DNA from: Phyllobates terribilis
Taxonomy: Eukaryota
Direction of reading: 5' to 3'
Assembly (NCBI RefSeq): GCF_046119375.1
Contig: NW_027362761.1
Span: 499,472,001 to 499,536,000 of the forward strand
Length of the DNA: 64,000 nt
In this document: positions 24,921 to 35,133 of the stretch, piece after piece
Position numbering within the stretch: the first letter of the stretch is position 1
Layout of the letters: every line of letters starts with the position of its first letter
Translations under genes and position numbers: made by a program
Notes under the pieces: model-generated
Seen by the model: only the letters and a program-made list of their open reading frames with translations
What the model was told of the DNA's origin: nothing
Databases searched by the model: none

Positions 24921-26825
24921 TCAGTGTGAAACATGGGCCTGTTTCGATAAACACAAAAGGGATATCCTGGCAGGAATGGTGGAAAGACACACACGAAGCT
25001 CTTCCTCAACAGTTCTCAGTTTCTCCCTGTTTTTAGTTTTTATCGCAGTCAAGCTTGAGAAGCCCAGCTCACATAGATATGTGGTTGAAAATGGGAGCAA
25101 TGTCAAAATAGCTTTGTTGGCCAGAATAGGGAACTCCTTGGCAACAGATAACCAAAAACTGTCCAAAGGAAGATCAGCAAACTTTAGCTTTAAACCGCGA
25201 TCTTGCTTCAGTTCAACGAGTTCCTCTTGCTCCTTTAAAGTCATGCCCTTTCCAGCAACGGATAATGAGCTGTATGGGTCCCTAACCCAGTCAAGGCATT
25301 CTGTGAAGGCTGAAGAGAAATAGAACGATAACTTCTCCTCAAGAGTTTTCAAATGTCTGCCAATCGCTTCGCACATTGCAGCAGTATTGTCATCATGCAG
25401 TTTCTCGGTGAGTGGGAACATCTGAAGGTTGCCACCCTGCACATGTTGTTGCCAGAGCTGCACCTTTAAACGGAATCCGTTCATTTTATCAGTGCTTGTA
25501 AGCAGGTTTTCATTTCGACCTTGCATCCGTGTGTTTAGTTCATTCAGATATTGAAATATATCAGCCAGGTATGCCAGCTTTGCACACCACTCATCACTTG
25601 CAAGCAGCTTTGAATAATCGGACCTCTCGTTTGTAAGAAATATTTTAAGTTCCTCTCGCAACTCATACACACGGGCCAGCACTTTGCCGCGTGACAGCCA
25701 CCTGACCTCCGTGTGGAGCAATAAGATTTTATGTTCCGCTCCCATTTCTGTACACAAAGATGCAAATAAGCGACATCTCAAAGGTCGCGTCTTCACAAAG
25801 TTCACTATGCGCACAACATCATCCAACACAGGAGCTAGATCTGCTGGTAAGGTCTTTGCAACGAGGGCCTCACGGTGCAAGAAACAGTGGGTAGCAAGAA
25901 CATCTGGGTTTCTTTCTTTAACCCTACTTACAAAGCCTTTGATGCGCCCGACCATGGCTGCGGCTCTATCAGTGCAGACACCTGTGCAGTTTTCCCATGT
26001 AAGTCCACTTTTATCAAGATATTCTGATGTGACTTGGAATATTGCCTCTCCTGTTGATTTTTCTGTCAGTGACTTCCAAAATAGGAAGTTTTCTCTAATG
26101 GCTTCACCATCCACAAAACGCACATTGGCCAACAACTGACAATGTCCACTGATATCCGTCGACTCATCAAGTTGCAAGGCAAATTTCTTCCTGATGCGCA
26201 CCTTTTCCAAAACAACTGTTTCAATGTCCGCAGACAAGTCATCAATCCGTCTGGCAATTGTGTTATCAGAGAGAGGCACTTTAGCTATCTCTTTAGCTGC
26301 TTCAGGGCCAAGCATCTCATTTACAATAGCTTTACAAGCTGGTAGTATTAATGTTTCTGCCACAGTGTGGGACTTTTTTGATTTAGCTATGAGTTCAGCA
26401 ACAAGGTAGCTAGCTTTGAGGGCTCTCTCATTTACCTTTGTGCTTTTTCTCAAAAAAGTTGCCCCTTTCTCATTGTTTGTACGTAAGCGTACAAAATACT
26501 CCATCGGTTTATTTTGAACGGAAGGGTGTTTCGTTTGGAGATGGCGTTTAAGTTTGCTTGGCACCATAGCGCTATTGGAAAGCTTCTCACCACACACCAA
26601 GCACAGTGGTGTTGGTGCTGTCGCATCCCCAGTGGAAGTAAATCCAAATGAAAGATAGCTTTCACTGTATTGCCTTGAGCTCACCGTCTTGTCTTTTTTC
26701 TTTTGTCGAACTCTCATACTAGGGCCTTCATTTGGGTTAGAATTGTGTCCAGGGTCCTGTTCGGCATTTGCCTTTTCCATTCTCAAATACTTCTCCATCA
26801 CTGCTGAGATAGTGTGCGCAGCCAC
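24921..26825 (-). CDS. hAT (Buster/ZBED5-like) transposase, 634 aa, uninterrupted
   Basis: BED finger CLVC...[10 protein letters not shown]; LDESTD; CTDRAAAM; HCFLH (CxxH); EVRWLSRG; C-terminal dimerisation region [15 protein letters not shown]...EEELRVCLS. Confidence 0.9.
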   Translation of the reverse strand: MAAHTISAVMEKYLRMEKANAEQDPGHNSNPNEGPSMRVRQKKKDKTVSSRQYSESYLSFGFTSTGDATAPTPLCLVCGEKLSNSAMVPSKLKRHLQTKHPSVQNKPMEYFVRLRTNNEKGATFLRKSTKVNERALKASYLVAELIAKSKKSHTVAETLILPACKAIVNEMLGPEAAKEIAKVPLSDNTIARRIDDLSADIETVVLEKVRIRKKFALQLDESTDISGHCQLLANVRFVDGEAIRENFLFWKSLTEKSTGEAIFQVTSEYLDKSGLTWENCTGVCTDRAAAMVGRIKGFVSRVKERNPDVLATHCFLHREALVAKTLPADLAPVLDDVVRIVNFVKTRPLRCRLFASLCTEMGAEHKILLLHTEVRWLSRGKVLARVYELREELKIFLTNERSDYSKLLASDEWCAKLAYLADIFQYLNELNTRMQGRNENLLTSTDKMNGFRLKVQLWQQHVQGGNLQMFPLTEKLHDDNTAAMCEAIGRHLKTLEEKLSFYFSSAFTECLDWVRDPYSSLSVAGKGMTLKEQEELVELKQDRGLKLKFADLPLDSFWLSVAKEFPILANKAILTLLPFSTTYLCELGFSSLTAIKTKNREKLRTVEEELRVCLSTIPARISLLCLSKQAHVSH

Positions 26826-26866
26826 ACACTAAAATAGAAGAGTATTACATTATCTGCCACACTTAA

Positions 26867-27264
26867 AGGACCTCTGCTAGGCATATTTCATTCCTGAGGG
26901 CTTAAAAAGCAGCTCTCGTGGTGACAAGAAGCTGATTTAAACCCCCCAAGAGTGAACTTCGCGAGAGCTGTATGTGTGTGATAATAACTTCTATTACTAC
27001 GGTCTGCATTTCCTGCTTGAATTGACACTAGTGACGTAGCACTCAGCTTTCTCTATAAGTAGAATAGAGCCGGCTGCCAAGTGCTACGCCACTAGAGTCA
27101 ATTCAAGCAGGACATGACTGCTGAAGAACGGTACTAATATCATTTATTATTCCATACATACAACTCTCACGGAGTTCACTCTTGGGGGTTTTAAATCAGC
27201 TTCTTACCACCACAAGAGCTACTTTTTTAGCCCTCAAGAGTGAAATATGCCTGGCAGAGGTCCT
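26867..27264. mobile_element. T2/Kolobok-like MITE in the hAT 5-prime region
   Basis: ttaa|aggacctctg ... cagaggtcct|ttca, with ~100-bp inverted arms. It lies about 40 bp upstream of the transposase ORF start. Confidence 0.75.
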
Positions 27265-29816
27265 TTCAATAAATTATTTATTTTAAAAAAGTGAAATAAA
27301 AAAGGATAACCCCCTCATATATTCAATCCCATGTAACCTCATAAATACAGTCCCACGTATATGAGCACATGATTATCAGCATCATATACTGTGGTGATGT
27401 GCACTGTACAGCGCCACAGTATATGGTGCTGATTATTATGTGGCTCATATACTGCAATATAAAGGGGTACAATGAGAAGTACTATGGCCATGAGGCCAGA
27501 GTACAAGTGCCAGCTCATATACTCAGCATATGAGCTGGTACTTGTAGTACTCCAGCCTCATGACTATAGTATTTCTCATTTTACATTTCTCATCGTTATA
27601 TGCAGTATACTGCTGGAGTACTAAAAGTACCAGCTCATATGCTGAGTATTCTGCCAACAGTTCATATACTCAGGCAAAAGCTCATATTGTCAGCATTATT
27701 GGCGGGCATTACCTTGGCGGCGGGCAAATGCGAGAGTCTCTCCGCTCTCAGGATGACGCGCCGTCCTCGGTGACGTCATTAAGTCGCGCGAGGTTCAAAG
27801 CTTGCGCATGTGTTATTGTACACGTCTCCTACATTGTAAGAAGGCGTGACTGCGCATCGAGCGCATTGCCGGGAAACAAAACACAGGGGGCACCATAGTT
27901 TGGGGAACTTTCCCCGCGGCACACCCGACCATGTGTCGCAGCACACTAGTGTGCCGCGGAACACTGGTTGAAAATCACTGGTCTAAACCACCTTGAAGGA
28001 CCAGGAAAGTGGGAGCCCGGATTGATTGGAAATTCTTTGTGAAGTCTTAACTGTGAATTTATATTGGAACCATACAGCCACCTATTGAGGGGCCTAAAGA
28101 ATTACTATCTGAGACGCCTGCTGGGACCTTCGGATGGACTAGAGACCAGATAAGTCCATTCCTTTCGTTATACTTTGACCAATCTATATCTGTTTAAACG
28201 TTTGAGGGTGTTCGTGTGGTTTTTTGTACGGCCCCCACCTATGTGCACTAATGGTGGAGGACTGGCTATGATCCTACTAATAAATATTTATGGGATATAT
28301 TTCCCTCTGTTTTTTTCACTTCTTCCCCATTTAACATAAATATTTAGCATGTCAATTATGGCATGACTGATTTTGGTCAATACCTATGAAATTTAATTGT
28401 GTGTCTGTTTAGCGAGATTTAGGGTCAGACAAGGGACAGCCTTCGTGGAGCTGGGACACCAAACCGTTCGTTAGGGTGAAAACACTCCGCTGTTAGGTAG
28501 GGTATTTACCTTATAAGGGCCATATAGGGCAAGCTTGTCTGTATATCCTGGCATCCTTATTTCTCCCCCATATGTTTTTATCTGATATGTTTAGTTATGA
28601 TGTGTCCCATTTGGACTATTAAGAATGTAGCACCCTGAGGATTCGGCTGCTACAGGGGTATTACACCTCAAGCCAGAGGTGTGGTATTCCACTCCCGGGT
28701 AAGGATGGAGTGTGGAACTGAGCTCAGTAGGCTGCATGCACTACATACATCCCATTTCCGGGGGACAGACCGATGGTACTCCCACTAGAGAAATGTGCAG
28801 GTACGACAGTGTCTGTCCCTGGCTGGAGTGGGAGGGGGGTGGAACATCCCAGTAGTGTAGGGGCAGATAGGGGGAGCAGTCTGGGTAATGCTAGGAGCTC
28901 ATTGGGTGCTGGTCACCTGAGCTCACACATAGAGGGAGTATATAAGGTGGGAACCATCTTAGAACAGGGTCTTTTGTAGAGGTTTGGTCTGAAAGTCAAC
29001 AGCCAGCTCCAAGGCCAAGAGAGAGAGAGAGGAGAAAGAAGGACCCAGAGGGGGAGAAGAGGGAACTCCAAGAACCCAAAATTAGACCAGAGGGTGAAGA
29101 GTTGGCACAAGGGTACCGGATCCCAAGCTGGTGGAGGGCACTAATCCTTAGCCAGAGACCGGAGGTCGTGGGCAGGATCTGCCACGACCACCCACTAAAT
29201 CCACCCAGAAGGCAAACCAAGAATAGGGTCAGGGAACCCAGAGACAAGGGTTTTACCAACAAGAGGCCCGAGGGAGCCGGACTTAGGTGGATCCCTGGTG
29301 GGGAAGGCCAGAGAGAAGGACAAGTCAGAAAGGGAGCTCAGGAACACGCTCCAGAATCACCTGGGGGTTGGCCGAGTCCAGGACCTGGTGGACGCAGCAC
29401 GGCTCGGGTGGTCACTCAAGGCCGGAGTGACCAGAACAACAGCAGTAAGTAAAACCCTGAACTGCACAGCCCGACTCGGAGTCTTATTACCACCCTCACT
29501 GCACCACCACAACCACCACCCTCTACAACTGACCCCCTGAGGCTATACCCCTCCCGTTGGGGGTTATACTACCCGAAGCTGCACACACACCACCAGCCTC
29601 AGCGGACCCTGCTGCAGCGGCGGCCGTAGTGACCGCAAATCAACGGGTGGCGTAGTCGACACTAAAGAACATCCAGTAACATCTGTAGGACTGCCACACA
29701 CTGAGCTTGACACCCTGGGCACGGACCGGGTCACCGCCTCTCGGAGACTACAACCCCCATCTGATCCGGCTCCGGGTATCCCCCAAACAACACTGGCCCA
29801 GGGGGCACGTCAACTT

Positions 29817-29834
29817 TGGCGTAGTCGGCAGGAT
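29817..29834 (+). promoter_or_regulatory. Primer-binding site complementary to the vertebrate tRNA-Ser 3-prime end
   Basis: TGGCGTAGTCGGCAGGAT is the reverse complement of ATCCTGCCGACTACGCCA (tRNA-Ser 3-prime end including CCA, recalled from the human tRNA-Ser(AGA) sequence). It starts 4 nt after the 5-prime LTR. Confidence 0.85.
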
Positions 29835-29971
29835 AACGTGCCCGCAACAACCGGGTACTGCGTGCCTGAAGAAAAGTTCATCGTTACCTTAAAAAGAAGT
29901 CTCCCGCCGGTTCCGGAGGGTCCCCGCCAACGGACTCCATCACAGGTCGTTTCCCGCCGGTTGTCCGCCAT

Positions 29972-31777
29972 TTGCAGCTTTTCCCGCCATCCATGGAGTT
30001 TCCCGCCACTGGGAGACGATTCCCGCCATTTCCAAAGATTTCCCGCCTTGGAAGAGCGGACGCCATTATGGGCGTGCCAGAGGGTGGCAAGAGGCCACCT
30101 CCCATCGTGGGCCAGGTCGAAGAATGGCGCCAAAAGCGGAAACCGCGCCCACCAACAGAGACTGTGATGCTGGAAGTGTCCATCAGCGTGAGAGAACTGC
30201 CCCTGGAACTGACAATCACAAAGTTGCCCCGGGACCACCTTCAATGTGGGCGGAGACAGAACAAGAGAGCAAAGATGGGTGTCGCCTGGAGGAGTCTGGA
30301 GAGAGCGCACCCGGAGACAAGAAGTCTGGAGAGGAGTCCAGAGAAAGCGTACCCGGAGATGGAGGGAGAGACAGGCAGCACCGACCCAGTGGTCAGGAGC
30401 CTGCTGCAAGCAACAACCCCACTAGGCTTAGTGGAGATCCTAGCACAGCTCCCCCGAGACCGGGAGTGTGCACAGACTGCGCTGGAGGGCCTCGCACGGA
30501 GGATGGCCCGGGTGCAGCGAGAGACGTTGGCGGAGTGGAGCCGAGAGATGGCCCAGCGGACCGAAACCCGTCAGCGGAGCACGCCACCCGAGACGAGGAG
30601 ACAGACCGCCTCTGAGGATGGTGCAGGAAGAGTGAAGGCCGGAGACGGCGCCGAGAAGGGAGCTGAACGGACGGAGGCAGGTAAAGGGGACGTCTCTACC
30701 CCGAGCCGGGAAACCGCGTGCCTGCCCCAGCTCCCCGTCGCAGAGCCCGAAATTCCCCCTGCCGTGCCCGTCGCTGCATCGTCACCGCCGCAGACTAGGC
30801 CTCAACCGGAAACCGCGGCCGCGACCCCTGTGACGTCACGCGCTTCGACCCTGAGCGCGGCAAAGCAGGAAATACCATCGGCCTGGTCGCAAGGCCTAGT
30901 ACACCCGGGCGCCGCCATTCCAACAGCGCCCCCTACCTCCGCGGAGCCACCAGCCTGGTCGCAGGGCCGAGTAACCACGGGCGCCGCCGTTCTTACGGTG
31001 CCCTTTTCCTTTAGCGTGCCCCAAGCCTGGTCGCAAGGCCTGGTCAACCCGGGCGCCGCTACCACCACAGCGCCCATAACACCTAAAGTACCGCACCTGG
31101 GTGAGGACCTGTTCGCCCAGCATACGTGCCCGGATGGGCAGCCCTTTGTGTGGCCACCGGAGTTTCACCATCCCCGACTCCGGAAAGAAAGACCCCTAGA
31201 TGAGCCCCTGATTCCGGTTCCGAAGCCCGTCAGGAGAACCCCGCTCCCGCTAGAAGAAGCACAATTCGAGTGGGACCCCACCGGAGGAGATCTCATGGGG
31301 TTCACTCAAGAAACGCGGGCAGCCGCAGCAGAGCGAGTGGAGTGCTGCCGCCAGCAGTTGGCAGACTTCGAGCGAGAACGGAAAGAGAGGCGGATCCGTG
31401 AGCAGCGGCTGCAGGAACGGAGCGCAGGGCAGAAGAGCCGGACCAGGAGGAGCCCCCGTGCGGCTCATGGTCCCCGTACCACCGGGACTGTGATTAAATT
31501 CAACCTGCAGCATGGGTGGGGCTTCATAAGAGACCATCATACCCCCGGCGACGTCTTTGTCACCCGCAGAGACGTAGAAAGCCATCTGCCGGAGGGACAC
31601 AGAGGTCGTGACCTGTATGTAGGGGACGAGGTCACCTTCGCCCGGCACAAGTGTGCCAAAGGACCCTACGCCCTCCATGTACATCGCCTGACGGAGGAGG
31701 AGCTGCGGTGTGAGGAGGAGCAGGAGGACCCGGACGGGTCTGAAGATAAAGAAGGAGCAGGAGGACGCCGTCGTTAA
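29972..31777 (+). CDS. Retroelement-borne protein (~600 aa): helical region, Pro/Ala/Thr-rich linker, coiled coil, C-terminal cold-shock domain, acidic tail
   Basis: The CSD at ~31484-31689 is GTVIKFNLQHGWGFIRDHHTPGDVFVTRRDV...LYVGDEVTF...GPYALHV, with RNP1-like GWGFI and RNP2-like DVFV. First ATG at ~29992. Three 24-aa AWSQG repeats (72-bp period at 30881, 30953, 31025). Confidence 0.8.
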   Translation: MQLFPPSMEFPATGRRFPPFPKISRLGRADAIMGVPEGGKRPPPIVGQVEEWRQKRKPRPPTETVMLEVSISVRELPLELTITKLPRDHLQCGRRQNKRAKMGVAWRSLERAHPETRSLERSPEKAYPEMEGETGSTDPVVRSLLQATTPLGLVEILAQLPRDRECAQTALEGLARRMARVQRETLAEWSREMAQRTETRQRSTPPETRRQTASEDGAGRVKAGDGAEKGAERTEAGKGDVSTPSRETACLPQLPVAEPEIPPAVPVAASSPPQTRPQPETAAATPVTSRASTLSAAKQEIPSAWSQGLVHPGAAIPTAPPTSAEPPAWSQGRVTTGAAVLTVPFSFSVPQAWSQGLVNPGAATTTAPITPKVPHLGEDLFAQHTCPDGQPFVWPPEFHHPRLRKERPLDEPLIPVPKPVRRTPLPLEEAQFEWDPTGGDLMGFTQETRAAAAERVECCRQQLADFERERKERRIREQRLQERSAGQKSRTRRSPRAAHGPRTTGTVIKFNLQHGWGFIRDHHTPGDVFVTRRDVESHLPEGHRGRDLYVGDEVTFARHKCAKGPYALHVHRLTEEELRCEEEQEDPDGSEDKEGAGGRRR

Positions 31778-33750
31778 AGTACGGTAAAGAGACTGTAAAT
31801 GGTTACCCATCGGGGTACAGTGAACTGTTGCTGCTTTAAATATGTCCCCGTTGGGACAAGAGTGAACTGTTAACCCGTGTGTCCCTATTCCCATTACCTG
31901 GCCGAGAACTGAGAGCGGCCATATTCCCCCTGTATATAGTTGCGCTTTCTAAGGCGCCCTCTACAGGTTTTATAGGAAAACCGTGTTAGACTGTCGCACT
32001 TTACCCGGTCACAAGTTGCACCGTGGCCGGAGGAACAAGAATGTTATTTATGAAAAGTTTATGCTGATATATATATTGTTTTATATGTTTATGTTTATGA
32101 AAAAAAATTGTATGTTTTGGATGTTTTTTTATATCTTACAGCCCGAGGACGTGCTGTGATTTACCAGGGGGGAATGTAGCACCCTGAGGATTCGGCTGCT
32201 ACAGGGGTATTACACCTCAAGCCAGAGGTGTGGTATTCCACTCCCGGGTAAGGATGGAGTGTGGAACTGAGCTCAGTAGGCTGCATGCACTACATACATC
32301 CCATTTCCGGGGGACAGACCGATGGTACTCCCACTAGAGAAATGTGCAGGTACGACAGTGTCTGTCCCTGGCTGGAGTGGGAGGGGGGTGGAACATCCCA
32401 GTAGTGTAGGGGCAGATAGGGGGAGCAGTCTGGGTAATGCTAGGAGCTCATTGGGTGCTGGTCACCTGAGCTCACACATAGAGGGAGTATATAAGGTGGG
32501 AACCATCTTAGAACAGGGTCTTTTGTAGAGGTTTGGTCTGAAAGTCAACAGCCAGCTCCAAGGCCAAGAGAGAGAGAGAGGAGAAAGAAGGACCCAGAGG
32601 GGGAGAAGAGGGAACTCCAAGAACCCAAAATTAGACCAGAGGGTGAAGAGTTGGCACAAGGGTACCGGATCCCAAGCTGGTGGAGGGCACTAATCCTTAG
32701 CCAGAGACCGGAGGTCGTGGGCAGGATCTGCCACGACCACCCACTAAATCCACCCGGAAGGCAAACCAAGAATAGGGTCAGGGAACCCAGAGACAAGGGT
32801 TTTACCAACAAGAGGCCCGAGGGAGCCGGACTTAGGTGGATCCCTGGTGGGGAAGGCCAGAGAGAAGGACAAGTCAGAAAGGGAGCTCAGGAACACGCTC
32901 CAGAATCACCTGGGGGTTGGCAGAGTCCAGGACCTGGTGGACGCAGCACGGCTCGGGTGGTCACTCAAGGCCGGAGTGACCAGAACAACAGCAGTAAGTA
33001 AAACCCTGAACTGCACAGCCCGACTCGGAGTCTTATTACCACCCTCACTGCACCACCACAACCACCACCCTCTACAACTGACCCCCTGAGGCTATACCCC
33101 TCCCGTTGGGGGTTATACTACCCGAAGCTGCACACACACCACCAGCCTCAGCGGACCCTGCTGCAGCGGCGGCCGTAGTGACCGCAAATCAACGGGTGGC
33201 GTAGTCGACACTAAAGAACATCCAGTAACAGCTGTAGGACTGCCACACACTGAGCTTGACACCCTGGGCACGGACCGGGTCACCGCCACTCGGAGACTAC
33301 AACCCCCATCTGATCCGGCTCCGGGTATCCCCCAAACAACACTGGCCCAGGGGGCGCGTCAAGAACACTTTTAATGGTAATTAATTAAAAGTTCATTTTT
33401 ATTGGGTATATTTTTCTCTGTTTGGTTCTCTTAATATTGTTACATCTACTACATATTGGAATAGGATCTTGGAAATGGGAATATCCCTTTAATGGAATCT
33501 ATGCCACAATGCTGTAGTTCTGCACCCTACTAGATTGGTGTCTCTATTATAGTGATCATTCAGTGTATATATATTTCTAGTTAGCATAAATGCTTGCGGA
33601 CACAAGACCTAGAAAATCCACTAGAAATTGAATATCCACAAATAATAAAGTCTCAGCTTGTCTACATTGTTATATTCAGAATTATAGCGCTATGCCACTG
33701 TGGATTTGTAAATTACTGTACACAAAACTAACTATAAAACCATATTTTAC

Positions 33751-33890
33751 CTCCAGCAACCCTATCTGCTCAGTTGTCAGGATTCCATTTTCTTTGAGCC
33801 TTCTGTACACAGGAGACGTGAGAGTGAGATGTTTCACAATGAGCTGATGGTAATGCTCCAGAACACCAGAATGGCCGATATCCTTTCTTG
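33751..33890 (-). CDS. CARD-coiled-coil gene, coding exon 2 (N-terminal half of CARD)
   Basis: Acceptor ctctgcag| and donor GAG|gtaaaa. 140 nt, phase 1 in and phase 0 out; RKDIGHSGVLEHYHQLIVKHLTLTSPVYRRLKENGILTTEQIGLLE resembles CARD helices 1-3. Confidence 0.75.
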
Positions 33891-34227
33891 CTGCAGAGCC
33901 AACTAAAATATCAAAGGAGACATAAGAGGGTTAAAAATCCTGGCAATGCAGAACTATGTACCAGCAAAATGGAAGAGACATGCAATTCTTTTATGTAACC
34001 AATATCCTGTTTTTCCACTTAGCCTTCAGTTAGCAGCAAATTACATACATAAATTTCTATGAAAGTAGTCTTATAGAACAAGAAGCCCTGTTTGCCACAG
34101 TAACTTGGTTATTTGAACCCTTGTCTTTTCACCATTTCAATTGTCACTTATGCATCATCGAGATATGTGGTAGGTTGCCTTACATGGGGCTTCTTATGTA
34201 TGGGCCTATTGAAAATTGTATTTTTAA

Positions 34228-35133
34228 AGGGAATCTGTCACCCCCTGGCACTTATCTGACCTTTAATATGGGCATACAGGTGATAGAAATGTACATCTAT
34301 ACATTCCTGTATGCCTCATATAGCACAAATAACTAGTATTTTTTATAAAGTTCATCCCCTGAACTGACCAAATAAAGCCCAGGCAATCTGACTCTAAATC
34401 AACACATCTCATATTGATAATCTAGATGTAACCTATAGGAACACCCTCAGATGTTTACAAACTTTTGGGATTGATTTAAAGGGAATCTGTCACACCCTGG
34501 CACTTATCTGACCTCTAATATGGGCATACAGGTGATAGAAATGTAAATCTATACATACCTGTATGCCTCATATTAGAGGTCTTGTTGCTGTGAAATGTCT
34601 TTTTATTCAATCAAGTTTCTGATGCCTGCAGGCCCGGGGCCCTGAAGAAATCCACAGCTCCTGTGGTAATTATAATGTCCCCCCCCCTCCCCTGCATGTC
34701 ACAGTGCCCTGTGATGTGCAGTTGCCATGGCCAAATCCAGGCACCGTGATGTGCAGGGGAGGGGGGAAACATTATAATTACCACAGGAGACGGGGATTTT
34801 TTTCAGGGCCCTGGGCCTGCAAGCATCGGAAACTTGATTAAATAAAAAGACATTTCACAGCAACAAGACCTCTAATATGAGGCATACAGGTATGTATAGA
34901 TTTACATTTCTATCACCTGTATGCCCATATTAGAGGTCAGATAAGTGCCAGGGTGTGACAGATTCCCTTTAAATCAATCCCAAAAGTTTGTAAACATCTG
35001 AGGGTGTTCCTATAGGTTACATCTAGATTATCAATATGAGATGTGTTGATTTAGAGTCAGATTGCCTGGGCTTTATTTGGTCAGTTCAAGGGATGAACTT
35101 TATAAAAAATACTAGTTATTTGTGCTATATGAG
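34228..35133. repeat. T2-like MITE (34480-34968, TTAA TSD) with an inverted duplication of its flank and an extra left TIR
   Basis: agggaatctgtca...tgacagattccct. Flank 34322-34475 is the reverse complement of 34973-35126. A partial TIR lies at 34228-34321. Confidence 0.9.

Larger units (their letters stand above)
24769..27980 (-). mobile_element. hAT DNA transposon, Buster/Charlie-like
   Basis: 15-bp TIR cagtgattttcaacc; 8-bp TSD gtctacac/gtctaaac with one mismatch. Confidence 0.95.
28626..33361 (+). mobile_element. Non-autonomous Ty3/Gypsy-like LTR retroelement carrying a cold-shock-domain ORF
   Basis: LTRs at 28626-29812 and 32175-33361 (1187 bp, TG...CA, at least 5 substitutions seen). 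TSD AGAA, PBS at 29817-29834, PPT ccaggggggaa at 32164-32174. No RT, RNase H, integrase or protease motifs. Confidence 0.95.
24150..33434. mobile_element. Unclassified fold-back element (~520-600-bp inverted arms, short unique core), 14-bp TSD; hosts the hAT and the LTR element
   Basis: The left arm (~24204-24725) is the reverse complement of 28180-28625 joined to 33362-33434. There are 54 extra bp at the left end. Confidence 0.8.
23671..33488. mobile_element. T2/Kolobok-like MITE split by a 9.3-kb nested insertion
   Basis: TTAA|aaggatattcacatctcc ... gggaatatccct|TTAA. The right TIR is split at the 14-bp duplication tattgttacatcta (24136-24149 and 33435-33448). Confidence 0.8.

Noticed and set aside
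28773-29540. Duplicated short ORFs also seen at 32322-33089
   Set aside because: They are chance ORFs inside the two LTR copies, not a gene duplication.
31484-31689. Bacterial cspA contamination or a YBX1 retrocopy
   Set aside because: The domain is embedded in a long ORF between LTRs with a vertebrate tRNA PBS and a TSD in TE-rich intronic DNA. It is too divergent from YBX1 (GTVKWFNVRNGYGFI) and lacks its flanking regions and a poly(A) tail. The ultimate origin of the domain remains open.
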